This document shows positions 18,507 through 28,006 of a stretch of 64,000 nucleotides of DNA, in pieces; position 1 is the first letter of the stretch, and every line of letters starts with the position of its first letter. The DNA lies in NCBI GenBank assembly GCA_030612025.1, contig JAUWOR010000004.1, forward strand, positions 76,358-140,357, written 5' to 3'. Both the position numbers and the translations under genes were made by a program. The notes beneath the pieces were generated by a model. That model was not told where the DNA came from. It worked only from the letters and a program-made list of their open reading frames with translations, and searched no databases. Source of the stretch: Dehalococcoidia bacterium. GTDB taxonomy: Bacteria; Chloroflexota; Dehalococcoidia; GIF9; AB-539-J10.

Positions 18507-19718
18507 ATGGCGCCACTTATAAGTAAGTTAGGAGGGGAGATAAAGCCCTCGGCGACTCTTCGCTTAATGGAGGAGGTAAGCTCTCTAGAAAAAGAGTATG
18601 GCTTTAAAATTATAGATCTCACTTCTGGACAGCCAGATAGAGGTCCCACTGAAGATGTTTTAGCAGCTCTTTTCGAGGGAGGCAAGCTCAGCAGATATGG
18701 ACCGGTGCAAGGTGACCCCGAGTTAAGGGAAATATTGTCGGGAGTAATAAATAAAGAAATTGGCGTGAGGTATGACCCCCAAGATATAGCAATTACCGTT
18801 GGGGCGAAAGGTGGCCTAGACATATTGATGAGGGTTTTACTTGAGCCAGGAGAGAGTATGGGGATTATGACTCCATTCTGGGTTACCTACCCCGAATCTG
18901 TGAAAATAGCCTATGGTATCCCTTGTTTTCTGGAGCCAGATGGAGGTCTGAGACCAAATCCAGAAAAATTAGGGAGAGAAATAGAAGCTAAGAACATAAA
19001 GGTGTTGCTCTATAGCTCACCGTGCAATCCTTCGGGCGTTGTTTATACCAGGGATGAGCTAGAGGAAATAGCCAAGATTGTGAAAGAAAAAGATATATGG
19101 GTTATAGCTGATGAAATTTACAATAAGTTTCTCTTTGACGGTAAAAAGCATGAGAGCATATTGTCAATCGAAGGTCTAAGAGATAATGCAATATTGGTTG
19201 ATGGCCCGTCTAAGAGATTTGGTGTTCCTGGCTGGAGATTGGGATTCGTTGCTGGCCCAAGTGAAGTTATCAAAGCACTAACAAAATTACAAGGGCATAT
19301 CAATTCTGGAGCTTCGAGGCCAAATCAATATGCTATGCGTGTTGCTTACACCAGCCAAAAGGCTAAGGAAGCTACTGATAACATGAGACAAAGATATGAA
19401 AGGAATAGAAATATTTTTGTCAAGGGCTTGAATGAGATTGATGGCATTAGTTGCCTTAAGCCAGAAGGGGCATTTTACGCCTTTCCTAGCATCGATAATT
19501 TCTTTGGCTCTAAATATGAATTTGCTGGTAAGGAATACATAATAAAGACGTCTGCAGATTTTCGCGATTTTTTGTTAAGAAAAGCACAAGTAGCTGGAGT
19601 TGAAGGTGCTCCATTTGGGATGGATAGCCATATTAGATTTTCCCTAGCAACCGGGGAAGAAAATATTGTAAATGCACTGAATTATATCAACCATGCGATG
19701 AAGGAGTTACACTTATAG
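18507..19718 (+). CDS. Class I/II PLP aminotransferase (aspartate aminotransferase-like)
   Basis: SPCNPSG, ADEIY, SKRFGVPGWRLG. Confidence 0.9.
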   Translation: MAPLISKLGGEIKPSATLRLMEEVSSLEKEYGFKIIDLTSGQPDRGPTEDVLAALFEGGKLSRYGPVQGDPELREILSGVINKEIGVRYDPQDIAITVGAKGGLDILMRVLLEPGESMGIMTPFWVTYPESVKIAYGIPCFLEPDGGLRPNPEKLGREIEAKNIKVLLYSSPCNPSGVVYTRDELEEIAKIVKEKDIWVIADEIYNKFLFDGKKHESILSIEGLRDNAILVDGPSKRFGVPGWRLGFVAGPSEVIKALTKLQGHINSGASRPNQYAMRVAYTSQKAKEATDNMRQRYERNRNIFVKGLNEIDGISCLKPEGAFYAFPSIDNFFGSKYEFAGKEYIIKTSADFRDFLLRKAQVAGVEGAPFGMDSHIRFSLATGEENIVNALNYINHAMKELHL

Positions 19719-19800
19719 CTTTTGCAGTCAGTAAAATTCCCAGTTTTGCTAACCTCCATCTTTATCAATCAATCTCTATTATGTTACACTTAATCTAGAT

Positions 19801-19874
19801 GTCCCTGTAGCTCAGATGGATAGAGCGGCTGCCTTCTAAGCAGCGGGTCGTGGGTTCGAATCCCTCCAGGGACG
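19801..19874 (+). tRNA. tRNA-Arg (anticodon TCT)
   Basis: gtccctg/cagggac acceptor stem, gctgc-cttctaa-gcagc anticodon arm, GGTTCGAATC T-loop; CCA not encoded. Confidence 0.95.
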
Positions 19875-19903
19875 CGGCAAGTTTGAAAGGGGTTAGAAGG
19901 ATA

Positions 19904-20692
19904 ATGGAAAATCCGTCAGTAAAAGAACTTCTGGAAGCGGGGGCTCACTTTGGTCATCCGGCTAGCTATTGGCACCCTAAGATGAGAAAATATATCTTTA
20001 CCCAGCGCAACGGAATACATATCATTGATTTAGAAAAGACAGTTACGATGTTAGACGAGGCATGTGCCTTTGCCCGAGACCTAGCAGCCAGCGGGCAAAT
20101 TATCCTCTTTGTCGGCACTAAGAAACAAGCCCAACAAGTGATAGAGGAAGAAGCTAAAAGATGTGCCATGCATTATGTCAATCAAAGGTGGCTTGGAGGA
20201 ATGCTAACTAATTTTGCCACTATACAAGCTCGGATTGATTATCTGGTTCGTTTGGAAGATAAGAGAGAGAAAGGCGAGTTCGATCAGTTATCTAAGAAAG
20301 AAAGGGTGAAATTAGAAAAGAAAATCTTGAGGTTAAATGAACAAATGGGTGGTTTTAAGGAAATGACTGCTCTCCCTGGAGCTCTTTTCATCGCCGACCC
20401 TATTAAGGACAAAATTGCCTTTGCTGAGGCCAAAAAACTGGATATTCCTGTAATAGCCATCGCAGATACTAATTGTAATCCCGATAATATTGATTACCCC
20501 ATCCCCGCTAACGATGATGCTATCAAAGCAATCAAACTGATTTGTGCCAGAATAGCTGATGCCATAATTGAAGGCAAAGGAATACAAACTTCTGAAGAAG
20601 TAGAGGCTGCTGGGTTACCCTCCGCCGAGACAGAAGAGCCCGTCGAAATTTTAGGTTCTTATACCTTTAATCCGGAGGAGGATCAACCCTAG
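19904..20692 (+). CDS. rpsB: 30S ribosomal protein S2
   Basis: [25 protein letters not shown]; start moved downstream of the tRNA. Confidence 0.96.
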   Translation: MENPSVKELLEAGAHFGHPASYWHPKMRKYIFTQRNGIHIIDLEKTVTMLDEACAFARDLAASGQIILFVGTKKQAQQVIEEEAKRCAMHYVNQRWLGGMLTNFATIQARIDYLVRLEDKREKGEFDQLSKKERVKLEKKILRLNEQMGGFKEMTALPGALFIADPIKDKIAFAEAKKLDIPVIAIADTNCNPDNIDYPIPANDDAIKAIKLICARIADAIIEGKGIQTSEEVEAAGLPSAETEEPVEILGSYTFNPEEDQP

Positions 20693-20701
20693 GTTATTTG
20701 A

Positions 20702-21205
20702 ATGAGGGTATCAACCAAGGCTATTAAAGAGGTAAGAGGCAGAACTGAAGCTGGTATACTTGAGTGTAAGGATGCTTTGCTAGAAGCAGGTGGAGATATA
20801 GAAAAGGCAGTCAAAGTTTTGAAATGCCGTGGGCTAGTAATTGCGGGAAAAAAGGCGGAGCGTATTGCCAATGAAGGAGTAATTGAAGCTTACGTCCATC
20901 ACACTGGGCGGGTAGGAGCATTAGTAGAGCTAAACTGTGAAACTGATTTTGTGGCTCGCACGGATGAATTTAGACAGCTTGCTCACGACTTAGCCATGCA
21001 AGTAGCTGCTACATCTCCACAGTTTATCACCGCGGCAGAAATCCCAGCAGGGGCGGGGTTAGAGCCTCAAGAAGCTTGTCTCCTTCTCCAGCCCTTTATC
21101 AAAGAGTTCGATAAGACTGTAGAGGAAATTATCGCCGAAACAATAGCTAAAGTGGGCGAGAATATAAAGGTGCGCCAGTTTGCTAGATTTGAACTCGGCT
21201 GTTAG
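20702..21205 (+). CDS. tsf: Elongation factor Ts (short form)
   Basis: ELNCETDFVA, GENIKVRQFARF. Confidence 0.95.
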   Translation: MRVSTKAIKEVRGRTEAGILECKDALLEAGGDIEKAVKVLKCRGLVIAGKKAERIANEGVIEAYVHHTGRVGALVELNCETDFVARTDEFRQLAHDLAMQVAATSPQFITAAEIPAGAGLEPQEACLLLQPFIKEFDKTVEEIIAETIAKVGENIKVRQFARFELGC

Positions 21206-21239
21206 CTATTGGCGTTCTTGTCTTTACTGATAACCGATC

Positions 21240-21797
21240 ATGGTAGAAGAAATACTTATCGAACTGAACTCAAAAATGCAAAAGGCTGTTGATGGCTTAG
21301 CCCGCGAGTTAACTATTATCCGCACTGGACGAGCTAACCCAGCGATAGTTGAGAATATTATGGTTGATTATCACGGCGCGCTTATTCCCATCCACCAGAT
21401 CGCCACTATATCGGTGCCTGAGGCTAATTTAATTGTTATCCAACCTTGGGATCGTACCTCATTACGTAATATCGAGAAAGCTATTCTTAAAGCTGATATT
21501 GGCCTTAATCCTCTAAATGACAGCAATGTAATTCGGGTGGTTATTCCTCCCCTAAGTGAGGAACGGCGTATAAAGCTAGCCAAATTGGTGTCTAAAAGAA
21601 TAGAGGAGCGGCGAGTAGTATTACGCAATATAAGGCGAGACAGCATCGCAAAATTAAGACAAATGGAGAAAAGTAAGGAAATATCACAAGACAAGCTTGA
21701 GGATTCTATTAAACAAGTCGATAAGATTAGCGAGAGCTTTATAAACAAAGCAAACGAAATAGGTCAGAAAAAGGAAAAGGAGATAAGGGAAGAATAA
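21240..21797 (+). CDS. frr: Ribosome recycling factor
   Basis: IRTGRANP, PPLSEERR, RNIRRD. Confidence 0.95.
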   Translation: MVEEILIELNSKMQKAVDGLARELTIIRTGRANPAIVENIMVDYHGALIPIHQIATISVPEANLIVIQPWDRTSLRNIEKAILKADIGLNPLNDSNVIRVVIPPLSEERRIKLAKLVSKRIEERRVVLRNIRRDSIAKLRQMEKSKEISQDKLEDSIKQVDKISESFINKANEIGQKKEKEIREE

Positions 21798-21831
21798 TCT
21801 ACAGCGGCATGAAAGCTGATAAAATTGACTT

Positions 21832-22632
21832 ATGCTTAAGCAAAGGATTTTCACTGCTGCTGTAGGTGTACCTCTCATCATTCTCGCTGTTTGGTTTGGC
21901 GATCCTTGGTTTAGCCTTCTTATCGCTGCCGTAGTATTGCTCGGCACCTTTGAGTTCTATCACATGTCTACCAACCTCAATAAGAGGTACCCCCTAACTT
22001 ATTTTGGCTCGTCATGGGCACTGGTACTCGCCCTGAGCCCTCACTATGCAAATCTATTACCTATAGTTATGACAGCCGCTGTGGTGATTTCCCTAGTCTG
22101 GCTGTTACGACTCTCACCTCAGAAGAAAGCATTCTATGATTGGGCTTGGCTAGTAGCTGGCGTTCTTTATGTAGGGTGGATGCTCAGTTACTGGGTCAAC
22201 TTGCGCATTTTAGAAGATGGGAAAGGTTGGGTTTACTTGGCACTACTCACTACGTTTGCCAATGACACAGGCGCCTTTTTTGTTGGAAGAGCATGGGGCA
22301 AGCACAAGCTAGCCTCTGCTATAAGCCCAGGTAAAACTTGGGAAGGAGCCTTGGGTGGCTTCGTAAGCGCTATTATAGTTGCTGTAGCAATATCCAAGAT
22401 TCCTGTCTTCTTTTCTCATTCACTCCTTGGATACTGTCAAGCCATGCTCCTAGGCTGCCTTATTAGCCTCTTTGCTCAACTTGGTGACCTGGTTGAATCT
22501 TTGCTCAAGCGCAACATGGGGGTGAAAGAGTCAGGCAAGCTGTTGCCAGGGCATGGTGGTATTCTTGACCGCTTTGACAGCCTTATTTTTGTCGGGGCAA
22601 TGGTATACTATTATGTAATATGGACCGTATAA
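21832..22632 (+). CDS. cdsA: Phosphatidate cytidylyltransferase
   Basis: SPGKTWEG, GDLVESLLKR, PGHGGILDRFDS. Confidence 0.95.
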   Translation: MLKQRIFTAAVGVPLIILAVWFGDPWFSLLIAAVVLLGTFEFYHMSTNLNKRYPLTYFGSSWALVLALSPHYANLLPIVMTAAVVISLVWLLRLSPQKKAFYDWAWLVAGVLYVGWMLSYWVNLRILEDGKGWVYLALLTTFANDTGAFFVGRAWGKHKLASAISPGKTWEGALGGFVSAIIVAVAISKIPVFFSHSLLGYCQAMLLGCLISLFAQLGDLVESLLKRNMGVKESGKLLPGHGGILDRFDSLIFVGAMVYYYVIWTV

Positions 22633-23879
22633 AGAAAATAGCTATCTTAGGTTCAACGGGTTCCATAGGGCGGCAAGTTCTGGATGTGATACGTGCCCTT
22701 TCTGCTAGATTTCAGGTGGTAGGTTTAGCCGGGGGTAAAAATCTCAAGCTTCTGGAAAAGCAAATAGCCAAATTTCAACCTGAGATGTTTTATTCCTCAG
22801 TCGAGCCTGACTTTACCTATAGAGGCGAATTCTTATCCATGGAACAAATAGCCAGCCATCCAGATGTTGACCTGGTCATCATAGCCACTTCAGGCAAAGC
22901 AGGGTTGTATCCTACTTTAGCAGCTCTAAAGGCAGGCAAAACAGTAGCTTTAGCCAACAAGGAAGTATTGGTGATGGCGGGGGAAATTATCGTTCGTGAG
23001 GCTAAAAGCTATCAAGCTCAAATTCTGCCTATTGATAGTGAGCTTAGTGCTATCTGGCAATGCTTGCAAGGGGAGGAAAATAAACCACAAAGAATTTTTT
23101 TAACTGCTTCTGGTGGGCCTTTCTACCACTATTCCCAGCCGGAATTAAGAAAAGTAACGGTAGAGCAAGCCCTTCATCACCCTACCTGGAAAATGGGGAG
23201 GAAGATCACTATTGACTCGGCCACACTTCTGAATAAAGGATTAGAGGCTATTGAAGCTCATTGGCTTTTCGCTATTCCTTTTGAGAGCATTGAGATATTA
23301 ATTCATCCACAAAGTATCATTCACTCCATGGTAGAGTTTATGGACGGTTCAATAAAAGCGCAGCTCAGCTTTCCCGATATGAGGTTGCCCATCCAATATG
23401 CCCTTTGTTATCCTGAGAGGTTGCCCAATTCAGAGCTACCACGCCTCAACTGGAACAAAATCCAATCTCTAAACTTCGAGCCAGTAGAGCAAAACAGATT
23501 TCCTTGTCTTAAATTGGCGCTGGATGCAGGTAAGCAAGGAGGAACTTATCCTGTAGTACTTTGTGCTGCCGATGAAGTGGCCGTAGGGCTTTTTCTTAAC
23601 AAGCGTATAAGCTTTACTGATATAGCTAGAATAGTGCAAGAAACTTTGGAACAGCATCGTGGCATTGCTCAGCCATCCTTGGAAGAAATTCTAATTGCTG
23701 ATGCCTGGGCAAGGGAATATGTTGAGCGTCTTTTCATTTGTTATGGCAAGGCTTATCCTGCCCCCGAGCCCTTCGCTTCCTATCATTCTGAGGGAGCGAA
23801 GCGACCGAAAAATCTCGCTCAGGGTAAACTCCGCGAAGGGGAAGAAATTCGACGAGGCAATTTCAGGCCAGTGAGATAA
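22620..23879 (+). CDS. dxr: 1-deoxy-D-xylulose-5-phosphate reductoisomerase
   Basis: LGSTGSIG, LANKE, TASGGPF, MGRKITIDSAT; C-terminal extension derived from a repeat. Confidence 0.95.
   Translation: MDRIKKIAILGSTGSIGRQVLDVIRALSARFQVVGLAGGKNLKLLEKQIAKFQPEMFYSSVEPDFTYRGEFLSMEQIASHPDVDLVIIATSGKAGLYPTLAALKAGKTVALANKEVLVMAGEIIVREAKSYQAQILPIDSELSAIWQCLQGEENKPQRIFLTASGGPFYHYSQPELRKVTVEQALHHPTWKMGRKITIDSATLLNKGLEAIEAHWLFAIPFESIEILIHPQSIIHSMVEFMDGSIKAQLSFPDMRLPIQYALCYPERLPNSELPRLNWNKIQSLNFEPVEQNRFPCLKLALDAGKQGGTYPVVLCAADEVAVGLFLNKRISFTDIARIVQETLEQHRGIAQPSLEEILIADAWAREYVERLFICYGKAYPAPEPFASYHSEGAKRPKNLAQGKLREGEEIRRGNFRPVR
23765..23838. repeat. Family B element within the 3' end of dxr
   Basis: gagcccttcgcttcctatcattctgagggagcgaagcgaccgaaaaatctcgctcagggtaaactccgcgaa, read as EPFASYHSEGAKRPKNLAQGKLRE. 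Confidence 0.88.
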
Positions 23880-23882
23880 AAG

Positions 23883-25187
23883 ATGAACATTGCCATAGTT
23901 ATTATTCTTTTTATTTTGACTCTGTTCGTTGTAATCTCCCTTCATGAATTGGGGCATTTCATCGCTGCCAGGCGTGCCGGAGTGAAGGTAGAGGAGTTTG
24001 GCTTAGGTTTTCCTCCGCGACTTTTTGGCATCAAGCGAGGGGAGACAGTGTATTCGGTTAATGCTATACCACTGGGAGCTTTCGTCAAGAGTACTGGAGA
24101 AAATGACCCCACAGTACCAGGAAGCTTAGCGAGTAAAGGTTCATGGAGCAGACTGGCAGTCTATGCTGCCGGCCCGGTAGCCAACATTTTTCTCGCTTTT
24201 ATCTTGCTTAGTGCCTTCTTTACGCTACCTACAAATGTGCTAGTTGGCAATGGAGTCATGGTGCACTCCATAGTAGAGGGCTCGCCAGCGGAAGAAGTAG
24301 GTATCGAGCCTGGGGATATAATTCTGGAGGTGAATAGGCAGCCTGTTCATAAATGGGGAGATATACAAAATATGGTTAATTCAAGCAAAGAAGGTGAGGA
24401 AATAACCTTGCTTCTGCAAAGGAATGGGAGCCAGAGTGAAACCAGTTTGAAACCGGAGTTTGACCCGGCATTAGGACGGCGAGCAATAGGTGTCCTGCTT
24501 TGCTGGAATATAGTGAATCAAGTGGGGGAAGGTTCACCAGCGGCTAAAGCTGACATTAGACCTGGAGATACCATTTTAGGCATTAATGGACAAGCTATAT
24601 ACAACGGTGAAAGCATGTCACGCGCCCTAGCTTCTGCTGAAGAGGGAGGGAAAATACACATAGCTTTACTTAGAGGACAGGAAGAAATCATTAAAGAGTT
24701 TGATTCCGCCCAACAGGTGACGGGTATAAAGTTAAGCTGGGTGGATGGAGTTTGTATTGGGCAGGAGCGACTTCCTGTATGGAAGGCAGCCTACTTAGGA
24801 GGCTGGTATATTACCCATATGCCTGAGCTGATAGTAGCTTCCATTCCCTTAATCAAAGAAGATCCTAGCAAGGCATTAGTAGGGCCAATAGGTGCTGGTC
24901 AGTTAACTGTAGAAGCAGTGAGAGCCTTTGGTTTCAGCAATATGTTATTTATGGCGGGCATCATTAGTTTGGGGATTGGTTTATTTAATTTCTTCCCTAT
25001 CCCTCCTTTAGACGGGGGGGGAATGCTAGTGGCACTTATTGAGGGAGTTAGGCGTGGAAAACGTCTCTCGTCTCGTGCTATGCGCTTGGCCTATACTATA
25101 GGCACTGCTTTTTTAATCACGCTGATGGTTCTGATAACCTTTTATGATATCCTGCGATTAATCAAAGGTGGGAGCTTCGGATTATGA
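23883..25187 (+). CDS. rseP: RIP metalloprotease RseP (M50, two PDZ domains)
   Basis: HELGH, NFFPIPPLDGG, PDZ repeats. Confidence 0.92.
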   Translation: MNIAIVIILFILTLFVVISLHELGHFIAARRAGVKVEEFGLGFPPRLFGIKRGETVYSVNAIPLGAFVKSTGENDPTVPGSLASKGSWSRLAVYAAGPVANIFLAFILLSAFFTLPTNVLVGNGVMVHSIVEGSPAEEVGIEPGDIILEVNRQPVHKWGDIQNMVNSSKEGEEITLLLQRNGSQSETSLKPEFDPALGRRAIGVLLCWNIVNQVGEGSPAAKADIRPGDTILGINGQAIYNGESMSRALASAEEGGKIHIALLRGQEEIIKEFDSAQQVTGIKLSWVDGVCIGQERLPVWKAAYLGGWYITHMPELIVASIPLIKEDPSKALVGPIGAGQLTVEAVRAFGFSNMLFMAGIISLGIGLFNFFPIPPLDGGGMLVALIEGVRRGKRLSSRAMRLAYTIGTAFLITLMVLITFYDILRLIKGGSFGL

Positions 25188-26245
25188 CACGTCGAGTTTC
25201 CAGACCTATAAGAATTGGCAGAGTAACAGTCGGTGGTGATGCCCCAGTTGTGGTGCAATCGATGACCAAAACTGACACTTGTGATGTTCCAGCCACCATA
25301 AATCAAATTAAGCAGCTAGAAGATTGTGGCTGCGAACTAGTGCGACTAGCAGTTCCAGATAAGGAAGCGGCTGAAAGCATTTCAGCGATAAAGAAGAATA
25401 TTTCCTTGCCTCTTATTGCTGATATTCACTTTGACTACCGTTTGGCTTTAGCTGCTTTACAGGCTGGGATTGATGGGCTTCGCCTTAATCCAGGCAATAT
25501 TCGCCATAAAGAGCAAATCGCCAAGGTAGTGGCTGAAGCTAAAAAAAGGGAAATACCCATCCGAGTCGGAGTAAATGCCGGTAGTTTACCAGCGAACTTT
25601 GAGCTTGATGCTCCGCTATCTGAGCGGATGGTTAACATGGCATTGCAACAAATAAAGCTTTTGGAGAGCCTGGACTTTAATTTAATTAAGGTTTCTCTTA
25701 AAGCTTTTGATGTGTCCACTACCATTCAGGCTTACCAGCTAATTGCTGACAAAATACCTTATCCTTTACACTTAGGTATCACTGAAGCGGGGCTTCCTCG
25801 ATTTGGAGCTATACGCAGCGCTGTAGGCATTGGCATACTTCTTTATCAGGGGATTGGTGATACTATCCGTGTTTCCCTTACTGCTCACCCATGTGAGGAA
25901 GTATTTGTCGCTTATGAAATTCTAAAAAGCCTTGAACTTCGTCAGCGAGGTCCGACCTTGGTAAGCTGTCCTTCCTGCGGTCGAGCTGAAGTTGATGTCG
26001 TTACCCTGGCTGAAGCTGTAAATAAGCACCTTGCGCAGATAAGTAAACCGCTTAAAGTGGCGGTTATGGGCTGTGTAGTTAACGGTCCTGGCGAGGCTAG
26101 AGATGCTGATATAGGCATTGCTTGCGGCAAGGGGAAAGGTGCTATATTTAGGAAGGGAAAGGTAGTAAGCACAGTAAAGGAGGAAAATTTCCTAGAAGCC
26201 TTAATGGCAGAAGTAAATTCCTTCTCCCTTAGGGGAGAGGGCTAG
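25184..26245 (+). CDS. ispG: HMBPP synthase
   Basis: VQSMT, ADIHFD, RLNPGN, CPSCGR, MGCVVNGPGE. Confidence 0.96.
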   Translation: MTRRVSRPIRIGRVTVGGDAPVVVQSMTKTDTCDVPATINQIKQLEDCGCELVRLAVPDKEAAESISAIKKNISLPLIADIHFDYRLALAALQAGIDGLRLNPGNIRHKEQIAKVVAEAKKREIPIRVGVNAGSLPANFELDAPLSERMVNMALQQIKLLESLDFNLIKVSLKAFDVSTTIQAYQLIADKIPYPLHLGITEAGLPRFGAIRSAVGIGILLYQGIGDTIRVSLTAHPCEEVFVAYEILKSLELRQRGPTLVSCPSCGRAEVDVVTLAEAVNKHLAQISKPLKVAVMGCVVNGPGEARDADIGIACGKGKGAIFRKGKVVSTVKEENFLEALMAEVNSFSLRGEG

Positions 26246-26256
26246 GGCGAGGGTGA
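26218..26256. repeat. Family C (CTCTCCC...GGGAGAG) palindrome overlapping the ispG stop
   Basis: ccttctcccttaggggagagggctagggcgagggtg; compare 47428-47475. Confidence 0.7.
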
Positions 26257-26263
26257 AACAAAA

Positions 26264-28006
26264 ATGCGTTTCTCTAAACTTTTTGGCAAGACTTTACGAC
26301 AGGCGCCATCAGAAGCAGAGAGCATAAGCCACAGGTTACTGCTCAGAAGTGGCATGATTGCCCAGATAGCTGCTGGCATCTATTCCTATTTGCCCTTAGG
26401 CTGGCGAGTGCTTAAGAAAATAGAGAGCATAATTAGAGAGGAGATAGATAAAGCTGGCGGGCAAGAATTGATGCTGCCAGTATTGCAGCCCTTCGAACTA
26501 TGGCAGCAATCAGGAAGAGATGTTTCCTTTGGCCAATCTCTGTTCACCCTGACTGACCGCAAGGAGCACAAACTGGTCTTGGGACCCACACATGAAGAAG
26601 TTGTTGCTGAGCTTGCTCATCGCTATGTGCAGAGCTACCGCGATCTCCCTTTACTCCTTTACCAAATACAAACTAAATTCCGCGATGAGCCTCGCCCTCG
26701 TGGTGGATTACTGAGAGTCCGAGAATTCATTATGAAAGACCTTTACAGCTTTGATGTTGATGCGGCTGGTCTGGATGAAAGCTATGAGAAAATGAGCCAA
26801 GCTTACAAGAATATCTATGCTCGCCTTGGTTTACCAGCCTTGATGGTAGAGGCTGACAGTGGTGCCATAGGTGGCAAAGAATCTCATGAATTTATGGTCA
26901 TCACTGAGACTGGCGGGGATGAGGTTATCTATTGCTCCAATTGTGGCTATGCCGCTAATGCGGAGAAGGCTCAAAGTGCCAAAGCCACAATAGAGGATGT
27001 CATTGCGAGCCGAAGTCCTGAACAAAGTGAAGGAGCAGCAAAGCAATTTCTTCCTCTAGAAGAAATAGCCACGCCGCGTTGCAAAACCATAGAAGAGGTA
27101 GCTAGCTTTCTTGGCGTGTCAACGAATCAAACTTTCAAAGCCGTATTTTATTCCGCAGATGGCGAATTTGTCTTTGTCGTTATCCGAGGCGACTTAGAAG
27201 TGAATGAAACAAAGCTAAGAAATACGCTGAAGTGTTCCGAGCTTAGATTAGCTACTGAAGGCGAGGTAAGTGAGGCAGGCATAGTGGCCGACTTTGCTTC
27301 GCCTATTGGTATAAAAGATGTCAAAATTGTTGCTGATGATTCCATAACCTGGGGCGCTAATTTCATCGCTGGAGCTAATAAACCTGGATATCACTTTAAG
27401 AATGCCAATTACCCCAGAGATTTTCAGGTTGACTTAATGGGTGATATTGCCCTGGCTCACTCCGGAGATAACTGTCCTAAGTGTGGTAGTAGACTGTCTT
27501 CTGCTCGTGGCATCGAAGTAGGACATATATTTAAGCTGGGCACCTTTATCAGCGAAAAAATGGAGGCATTCTTCCTAGATCCCAACGGAGCATCTCGGCC
27601 TACTGTTATGGGTAGCTATGGCATTGGATTAGGACGCCTATTAGCAGCTATAGTAGAGCAGAGCCATGATGATAAAGGTATTATTTGGTCCCTCTCTATT
27701 GCTCCCTACCAGGTTTATCTTTGCCCCCTTTATTTAGATAACACCGAAGTTGCCCCCCTAGCTGAAAAGGTATACCAAGAATTGGGCAAAAAGGGAGTCG
27801 AAGTTCTTTTCGATGACCGTGATGAATCCCCCGGAATTAAATTCAACGATGCTGACCTTCTGGGGATACCTCTACGTCTAACCCTAAGCCCGCGCACTCT
27901 AAAAAGCCAAAGCATAGAGGTGAAATGGCGCACAGGGAAAGAAACCCAGCTTTTGCCTTTGGGTAGTGTCGCTGCTGAAGTGAGAAAGCTGCTAAAAAGA
28001 AATTAG
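26264..28006 (+). CDS. proS: Proline--tRNA ligase
   Basis: LGPTHEE, FRDEPRPRGGLLRVREF, GIEVGHIF. Confidence 0.96.
   Translation: MRFSKLFGKTLRQAPSEAESISHRLLLRSGMIAQIAAGIYSYLPLGWRVLKKIESIIREEIDKAGGQELMLPVLQPFELWQQSGRDVSFGQSLFTLTDRKEHKLVLGPTHEEVVAELAHRYVQSYRDLPLLLYQIQTKFRDEPRPRGGLLRVREFIMKDLYSFDVDAAGLDESYEKMSQAYKNIYARLGLPALMVEADSGAIGGKESHEFMVITETGGDEVIYCSNCGYAANAEKAQSAKATIEDVIASRSPEQSEGAAKQFLPLEEIATPRCKTIEEVASFLGVSTNQTFKAVFYSADGEFVFVVIRGDLEVNETKLRNTLKCSELRLATEGEVSEAGIVADFASPIGIKDVKIVADDSITWGANFIAGANKPGYHFKNANYPRDFQVDLMGDIALAHSGDNCPKCGSRLSSARGIEVGHIFKLGTFISEKMEAFFLDPNGASRPTVMGSYGIGLGRLLAAIVEQSHDDKGIIWSLSIAPYQVYLCPLYLDNTEVAPLAEKVYQELGKKGVEVLFDDRDESPGIKFNDADLLGIPLRLTLSPRTLKSQSIEVKWRTGKETQLLPLGSVAAEVRKLLKRN
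26998..27048. repeat. Family B half-element in frame in proS
   Basis: tgtcattgcgagccgaagtcctgaacaaagtgaaggagcagcaaagcaat, read as VIASRSPEQSEGAAKQ. Confidence 0.75.

Noticed and set aside
19850-19903. N-terminal extension of RpsB in the ORF track
   Set aside because: Overlaps tRNA-Arg; the ATG at 19904 has a plausible RBS.
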